Sequence record: SRR22947727_5165
Length of the DNA stretch: 32,704 nt
Direction: 5' to 3' (one strand)
A program made the position numbers and the translations under genes. Shown piece after piece: positions 27,298 to 32,704 of this stretch. The notes beneath the pieces are model-generated. The model searched no databases, was not told the DNA's origin, and worked only from the letters and a program-made list of their open reading frames with translations. How positions within the stretch are numbered: position 1 is the stretch's first letter; every line of letters begins with the position of its first letter.

Positions 27298-28620
27298 ATG
27301 AGTCCTGCCGCGACCAAATTGGCACAGGCCAAAGCAACACCAGCGCCTTCGATCATGATGCTGGCCGATGAAAACGGTCAAGCAAAGCAGGTGAAGGCCA
27401 AAGCAAAGCCTGCCTCGAAAGCCAAAGCAGCAACAAAGGCCACCACCAAAACAAAAGCGAGTAAAACCGCCCCCAAAGCCAAAACCAGCAAAGCCACCAG
27501 CAAAGCAAAAGCCACCACGACTGCAGCCAACCTGGACGCATCAGCGGATCAACTGCTTGCTGCTACGGAGACAACAGCAAGCGCAGCAAAAGCCATTGAA
27601 GCGGCCGCAACTAAGGCCAAAGCAGAAGCGAAAGCCAAGGTTTTGGCGAGCATCAAAGTAGGGCCGAAAGGCGTTTACACCGAAGACTCCATTCGGGTTT
27701 ACCTTCAAGAGATCGGACGCATTCGCCTACTGCGGCCGGACGAAGAGATTGAATTGGCTCGCAAAATTGCGGACCTCCTGCATCTCGAGGAACTCGCTGC
27801 GCAGTTTGAAAGCGACAACGGAAAACTTCCTGATACCAAGGAATGGGCAGCACTGGTTGAGATGCCAGTGATCCGCTTCCGTAGAAGATTGATGCTCGGG
27901 CGACGCGCCAAAGAAAAAATGGTGCAATCGAACTTGCGCCTGGTGGTGTCGATTGCCAAGAAATATATGAACCGAGGCCTGAGCTTTCAGGACCTCATTC
28001 AGGAAGGCAGCCTCGGCCTGATTCGTGCCGCAGAAAAATTCGATCACGAAAAAGGATACAAATTCTCGACCTATGCCACTTGGTGGATCCGTCAGGCCAT
28101 CACCCGCGCCATCGCCGATCAGTCGCGAACCATCCGACTACCCGTTCACCTCTACGAGACCATTTCCAGGATCAAGAAAACCACCAAAGTCCTCAGCCAG
28201 GAGTTTGGACGCAAGCCAACAGAGGAAGAAATCGCTGAATCGATGGAAATGACCATCGAGAAATTGAGATTCATCGCCAAGAGTGCCCAACTTCCAATTT
28301 CCCTCGAAACACCTATTGGCAAAGAAGAAGATTCACGACTAGGCGACTTCATCGAAGCCGATATCGAAAATCCAGAGCAAGATGTTGCCAAGAATCTTCT
28401 TCGCGAAGACCTTGAGGGAGTTCTTGCCACTCTGAGCCCTCGCGAGCGGGATGTCCTGCGCCTTCGCTACGGCCTTGACGATGGACGCATGAAGACATTG
28501 GAAGAGATTGGACAAATCTTTGATGTCACCCGTGAGCGGATTCGTCAAATCGAAGCCAAAGCTCTGCGAAAATTACGCCATCCCAACAGGAATGGCGTGC
28601 TCAAGGAGTACATCAAATAA
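27298..28620 (+). CDS. rpoD: RNA polymerase primary sigma factor (group 1, SigA/RpoD)
   Basis: [47 protein letters not shown]...[10 protein letters not shown]. Confidence 0.97.
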   Translation: MSPAATKLAQAKATPAPSIMMLADENGQAKQVKAKAKPASKAKAATKATTKTKASKTAPKAKTSKATSKAKATTTAANLDASADQLLAATETTASAAKAIEAAATKAKAEAKAKVLASIKVGPKGVYTEDSIRVYLQEIGRIRLLRPDEEIELARKIADLLHLEELAAQFESDNGKLPDTKEWAALVEMPVIRFRRRLMLGRRAKEKMVQSNLRLVVSIAKKYMNRGLSFQDLIQEGSLGLIRAAEKFDHEKGYKFSTYATWWIRQAITRAIADQSRTIRLPVHLYETISRIKKTTKVLSQEFGRKPTEEEIAESMEMTIEKLRFIAKSAQLPISLETPIGKEEDSRLGDFIEADIENPEQDVAKNLLREDLEGVLATLSPRERDVLRLRYGLDDGRMKTLEEIGQIFDVTRERIRQIEAKALRKLRHPNRNGVLKEYIK

Positions 28621-28650
28621 CAAGACAAGTTTGAGGTTGTATCTCTCCTG

Positions 28651-28677
28651 CCCCCTACCAAAGACAGGGGGTTTTTT
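28651..28677 (+). terminator. Rho-independent terminator of rpoD
   Basis: CCCCCT-ACCAAAGAC-AGGGGG followed by TTTTTT, 30 bp after the stop. Confidence 0.75.
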
Positions 28678-28853
28678 AATGCTCCATGGTACGTAGGTCT
28701 ATATCCACCAAAGCGGTATTAGTCATCGATACGCTTGAGAAAACCTTACCCGAAAGACGCGCATAAAATCAAACGCAACAGACAGAGCTCTTTCTCGTCA
28801 ACCATGACATCAATCAGCTCCTCACACTCATACAAAACCTTCACTCAAAGCAA

Positions 28854-29207
28854 ATGAATATCAACAACAGAAACACATCCCAAGAATTCCTAGAAGCCCT
28901 GGAATCTCTTAAGCAAGCAAGACTTGTTACCCACTCATTTATGACGCATGACCACCAATTCAAAGGCCTGACCGAAGCCGAACAGAATGACCTTCAAAAC
29001 AGCATCACGCCTTTTTTTAATGCCATTTTCGAAATCGAAGACCGGATTCTGTCTTGGTATCGCGAAATACATCCAGAACTCGTCGATGATGACGACTTGA
29101 TTGAATCAATCGAAGACGAGCTTGGTTATGAAACGCTACTTTCCGAAAAAGGAAAAATAGACTTGGAAAAACTTTTCAAAGAGGACACTGAAAGCAATCA
29201 AAACTGA
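28854..29207 (+). CDS. Hypothetical acidic protein (AT-rich orphan)
   Basis: 117-aa ATG-initiated ORF in visibly AT-richer DNA. No family recognised. Confidence 0.7.
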   Translation: MNINNRNTSQEFLEALESLKQARLVTHSFMTHDHQFKGLTEAEQNDLQNSITPFFNAIFEIEDRILSWYREIHPELVDDDDLIESIEDELGYETLLSEKGKIDLEKLFKEDTESNQN

Positions 29208-29245
29208 ATACAATTTTCTTTAAAAACATCATCCCTCGCTGCGGC

Positions 29246-29710
29246 CTATGAAGCATCCTCAATGCATTCAGTAAATTCTTGAAAAGCTCGCTTTAGTCGT
29301 TCAACAGGTGTCTCTGAAGGCGGACACTCCTGGGATGTATTGCGTGCATAGACCTGAAGCAGCCGAGGATCAGGGTCAAGAATGGATGCCACTGCAGCTT
29401 TGTAAACCACAATATTTTTTTGCGACGTCAAGCCCTCTAAATAAGGCTGCAATTGCCAAGGCTGATCCGAGCTGGCTTGGATCACACTGAGCGGACGGAT
29501 CAATTGGTACGCCCGTTCGCCATCTGGATCGGTTGTGTTCCTAAGCCGCGCCATCAAGACACCGCCACTGCTCAACAGGATCAATTTGATCGTGCCCTCA
29601 TTCAAGAGTGGCAAAAATGGGAGGACCTCCTTAGCAGACGTTGTCTGATCCAGAGCAGGCAGACCGTCTTTACGAACTCCGTTAACCACAGGCCCTGGCA
29701 TGGCATTCAC
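29246..29710 (-). CDS. Hypothetical protein, possible Sm/LSm-like fold
   Basis: TIKLILLSSGGVLMARL...YQLIRPLSV...WQLQPYL beta-strand pattern. Divergent from hemC. Confidence 0.72.
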   Translation of the reverse strand: MNAMPGPVVNGVRKDGLPALDQTTSAKEVLPFLPLLNEGTIKLILLSSGGVLMARLRNTTDPDGERAYQLIRPLSVIQASSDQPWQLQPYLEGLTSQKNIVVYKAAVASILDPDPRLLQVYARNTSQECPPSETPVERLKRAFQEFTECIEDAS

Positions 29711-29866
29711 TCAACTATGTTGAATTGTAAATCTGAGCGCTTGTGCCAGGCGACAAACAGCCAGGCCTTTAGGTGGCAAGCGCAAAGACCCATGCCAATT
29801 TTCATAGACATGCACGTGACGGCGGGGGCACGTTTGCGTAATCTGGCGGATTGAAGTCTCTCGAAC

Positions 29867-30817
29867 ATGGCCCTAGAGCATCTGCGCATCGCCTCCCGCC
29901 GCAGCCAGCTGGCCATGGTTCAGACCAATTGGGTCAAAGCAGAATTAGAAAAAGCCCACCCCGGCCTTGCCATATCAGTTGAGGCAATGGCAACCCAAGG
30001 CGACAAAATTCTCGACGTTGCCCTCGCGAAGATCGGAGATAAAGGTTTATTCACCAAAGAGCTGGAAGCTCAAATGCTGGTGGGCCGTGCTGAGATCGCC
30101 GTTCACTCCCTAAAAGACCTGCCCACGAATCTTCCCGAGGGGCTGATGCTGGGTTGCATCACCGAACGGGAAGACCCCGCCGATGCCTTGGTGGTGAACA
30201 GCAAAAACGCTGAGTACAAACTCGAGACACTGCCAGAGGGTTCCATCGTTGGAACGAGCTCTCTACGTCGCCTTGCCCAACTGCGCTACCACTATCCCCA
30301 TCTTCAGTTCAAAGACGTTCGTGGAAACGTCATTACAAGACTTGAGAAGCTCGACTCAGGCAATTACGACTGTTTAATTTTGGCCGCAGCTGGCCTCAGT
30401 CGACTCGGCTTCGGCGATCGAATTCACCAAAGCATCCCAGGAAACATCTCTCTTCATGCAGTGGGACAAGGAGCTCTAGGGATTGAATGCGTTTGCGATC
30501 GTCCCGAAGTGATGGAGCTGATTCAAGTGCTAAACCATGCACCAACCTCAGCCCGCTGCTTAGCAGAACGAGCATTCCTGAGAGTTCTGGAGGGCGGTTG
30601 CCAAGTGCCAATCGGCGTCAACAGCCATATTCAGGGGGACACAATCCAGCTCACTGGAATGGTGGCCAGCCTTGATGGCAAACGACTCATCCGTGACGAG
30701 CAAGCTGGCCCCCTAGCCGACCCTGAAGCGGTGGGACGAGACCTCGCCCACAAACTCAAGGATCAAGGAGCCGGCGAGATCCTTCAGGAGATCTTTGAAC
30801 AGGAACGAGGCCAGTGA
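29867..30817 (+). CDS. hemC: Hydroxymethylbilane synthase (porphobilinogen deaminase)
   Basis: [43 protein letters not shown] (cofactor Cys). Confidence 0.98.
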   Translation: MALEHLRIASRRSQLAMVQTNWVKAELEKAHPGLAISVEAMATQGDKILDVALAKIGDKGLFTKELEAQMLVGRAEIAVHSLKDLPTNLPEGLMLGCITEREDPADALVVNSKNAEYKLETLPEGSIVGTSSLRRLAQLRYHYPHLQFKDVRGNVITRLEKLDSGNYDCLILAAAGLSRLGFGDRIHQSIPGNISLHAVGQGALGIECVCDRPEVMELIQVLNHAPTSARCLAERAFLRVLEGGCQVPIGVNSHIQGDTIQLTGMVASLDGKRLIRDEQAGPLADPEAVGRDLAHKLKDQGAGEILQEIFEQERGQ

Positions 30818-30827
30818 TCGCTGGGGG

Positions 30828-31355
30828 TCAACGCTTAATTTCCACTGCCATCCCCACTTCCACGTGGTCATACAGCTTCTGAACATGCGCATTCAACATG
30901 CGTACACAGCCGTTGGATACCGCCGCTCTGGTTTTCACCCAATGAGGCCAGGGAGTGCCATGAATTCCGAATTGATTGGGTCCACTTCGCAGGAAACCAA
31001 TCCAGCGATGCCCCAACGGGCTTTGAAGACCACGTTTGGGATGCAGCTTCCCTGACTTAGTGCTCTGGTACTGAGGGTTCATCATCATGTTCTCGACCTT
31101 GAACAGCCCAGAGGGCGTAGGGGTCTTGGGATCACCAATGGCTACCGGCCATGGGCCAAGGGTTTGGCCCTGGCGCACAACGCTGATTTGCCTGCGGCCC
31201 AGATCCAACACAACACGCCCTTGCTCTGGCGGACGAACAGCCATCGACACTTGGATGGGCTGGGCCTGAGACAGCGCTGGAGCCGCCACGAGAAGAGAGG
31301 AAGCGAGCAATCCCAGTGAAGACAAAGGAACGCAAGAGGCGCATTTGAGACCCAT
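30828..31355 (-). CDS. L,D-transpeptidase (YkuD family), secreted
   Basis: Signal-peptide-like N-terminus, WPVAIG...TPSG, PLGHRWIG, GIHGT...VSNGCVRM (catalytic His and Cys). Start uncertain (ATG 31355; ORF extends to 31415). Confidence 0.9.
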   Translation of the reverse strand: MGLKCASCVPLSSLGLLASSLLVAAPALSQAQPIQVSMAVRPPEQGRVVLDLGRRQISVVRQGQTLGPWPVAIGDPKTPTPSGLFKVENMMMNPQYQSTKSGKLHPKRGLQSPLGHRWIGFLRSGPNQFGIHGTPWPHWVKTRAAVSNGCVRMLNAHVQKLYDHVEVGMAVEIKR

Positions 31356-31483
31356 GGATGGATAACCAAGACTCACTGGTCTCAACGTATGCACTGTGCG
31401 AAAAAAAAACCGCACACTGCGAGGAGTGAAACCTTAAGGATTTCAGAAATGTGCTACGCAAGCCCTAACCCATCAAATCTGGA

Positions 31484-32461
31484 ATGAAGAACCAACCGTC
31501 CTGGCCCGAAGCAGACGCAAAGCTGTTCTTGCAAGCCATGCACGAAGTGGGCTCCATGGGAGGCATTGCAGACGTTGAGCCCATCACCATCGAAATGATG
31601 GAATCCATTCAGAACTTTGTTCTGAAGTCGTCCATCGACCTGAACCATCTAAAGGGCATCGCACCAGCAGATTTATCAGGAAAGATATCCGATCAAAAGA
31701 AACGCGAACAACTCCTTCAGATCCTCATTCTCCTTCCTTATGTTGACATGAAGGTCGACCCGAGGATGGTAGAAATTGTAGATAAATTCGCAGAACATCT
31801 AGAGATTCATCCCAATACAATAAAAGACTTACATCGAGTTCGAGACAACCACTTAAAGCGACTTTTACTCGATTATGGACGCAGGAGCTTAGGCGAATTC
31901 CTAGGCCTTGATTCAGCACCTAAAGTGATCAAAGGTGTCATCACAATGTTCCATCAAGCCATCGGAGATAGGGGTGTTTCCGAGCGCTACCAGCAATTAG
32001 AGTCCTACCCAGAAGGCAGCCTCGGCCACACTGTGTTCCATTGGTACCGGGATAGAAATTGGGCACTACCAGGAGAGAAAAAAAGCACATCTGAATTGCT
32101 CTTAAATCACGATTGCTGCCACATTCTTGGAGGATTTAATACAGATGTCCAAGGCGAAATGAATGTAGCAGCCTTTCAGGCTGGGCTTTTTGATGATGGC
32201 TTTGGATTTGAATCACTTCTAGAGGTTATTCTCGACTTTCACTTGGGAAAAGCTTTCAGCACTGTTGGAGATATCATTCCACCCTCAACGGGAGCCTTTC
32301 ACCCTAACGATGCAATGGCAGGATATGAAAAGGGTTTAGCTTGCAATGTAAACCTCGTTAGGGATTTAAACTTCTGGTCAGAAGCAGACCAATCCGTTTT
32401 CACTCTCAGAGAGAAGTTTAATATTCCAGCCTCCTCTGGCCCTCTTTTGATTAAGCCCTAA
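31484..32461 (+). CDS. Hypothetical protein with Coq4-like metal-binding domain and possible TerB-like N-terminus
   Basis: LESYPEGSLG and HDCCHILGGFNTDVQGE (HDxxH-x11-E). DNA is AT-richer than neighbours. Confidence 0.75.
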   Translation: MKNQPSWPEADAKLFLQAMHEVGSMGGIADVEPITIEMMESIQNFVLKSSIDLNHLKGIAPADLSGKISDQKKREQLLQILILLPYVDMKVDPRMVEIVDKFAEHLEIHPNTIKDLHRVRDNHLKRLLLDYGRRSLGEFLGLDSAPKVIKGVITMFHQAIGDRGVSERYQQLESYPEGSLGHTVFHWYRDRNWALPGEKKSTSELLLNHDCCHILGGFNTDVQGEMNVAAFQAGLFDDGFGFESLLEVILDFHLGKAFSTVGDIIPPSTGAFHPNDAMAGYEKGLACNVNLVRDLNFWSEADQSVFTLREKFNIPASSGPLLIKP

Positions 32462-32479
32462 ATCAGAGATTAAGCAATA

Positions 32480-32504
32480 AAAAGCGGGGTATCACCCCGC
32501 TTTT
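32480..32504. terminator. Bidirectional Rho-independent terminator
   Basis: AAAAGCGGGGT-ATC-ACCCCGCTTTT perfect inverted repeat with A and T tails between convergent genes. Confidence 0.88.
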
Positions 32505-32534
32505 ACCTACTTGTTCAACGAGAACACGAGGAGA

Positions 32535-32704
32535 TCAGTCAACCAACTTAGGGTCGATGTCAGTCATGTAGCGAGCTTCGCAGCTCTTGATAATCTCCAC
32601 AGCCTTTTCGGTACCAAAAAATCCATTCACCGTGCAGGTTCCTGGCTTCTTCAAATCCTTGTAGTGCTCCCAGTAATAAGTGGTTTCTTTCTTCCATTGC
32701 TCAC
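32535..32704 (-). CDS. ppa: Second inorganic pyrophosphatase, C-terminal part (5' end outside window)
   Basis: Manual translation of 32702..32535 gives EQWKKETTYYWEHYKDLKKPGTCTVNGFFGTEKAVEIIKSCEARYMTDIDPKLVD-stop. HYKDL is the family I PPase C-terminal motif. Not in the ORF track. Confidence 0.85.
   Translation of the reverse strand, partial: EQWKKETTYYWEHYKDLKKPGTCTVNGFFGTEKAVEIIKSCEARYMTDIDPKLVD

Noticed and set aside
28716..28732. GTA...TAC resembling an NtcA box
   Set aside because: Spacing is 11 nt rather than the required GTA-N8-TAC.
31401..31408. A8 homopolymer upstream of the L,D-transpeptidase as a phase-variation site
   Set aside because: The run is short and probably lies outside the true coding sequence, with no sign of a frameshift.
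145..31919. Numerous 60-170 aa alternative-frame and antisense ORFs in the track (e.g. 7511..7990, 23709..24230, 26318..26785)
   Set aside because: They lie within well-supported genes, lack motifs, and are expected shadow ORFs in moderately GC-rich DNA.
1..32704. CRISPR array, tRNA/rRNA, transposase, integrase or multi-gene defence system
   Set aside because: No regularly spaced repeats, cloverleaf or rRNA-like sequence, or mobility motifs were seen. Intergenic gaps are short and nearly all long ORFs are housekeeping genes.

Overview
Core-genome segment of a marine picocyanobacterium, most likely Synechococcus. This is inferred from psb27, the EF-hand transaldolase, the K/A-rich RpoD, two inorganic pyrophosphatases and the rarity of HIP1 octamers. 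Gene order: frr (partial), geranylgeranyl-reductase-like gene, photolyase/cryptochrome, tal, ftsI, FtsL-like gene, CAAX protease, tandem histidine phosphatase, degenerate pyrC-like gene, lepB, voltage-sensor-like membrane protein, ArsC/Spx protein, ferredoxin, ppa, small membrane ORF, HTH protein, proS, psb27, purA, PfkB kinase, cutA, cobK, ssb, small ORF, DUF2854, argB, DUF3153, priA, rpoD, AT-rich orphan, Sm-like gene, hemC, L,D-transpeptidase, TerB/Coq4-like gene, and a second ppa (partial, missed by the ORF track). I saw no rRNA, tRNA, CRISPR array, transposase or integrase, and no clear multi-gene novel system. The best leads are single loci: a pore-less voltage-sensor-like protein, a Coq4-motif protein in a probable small islet, a cryptic FtsL candidate, an Xis/BldC-like HTH protein, a possible Sm-fold protein, and structured intergenic regions (psb27-purA, priA-rpoD, ppa-ferredoxin). 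All family calls come from motif recognition by eye, not from database searches.
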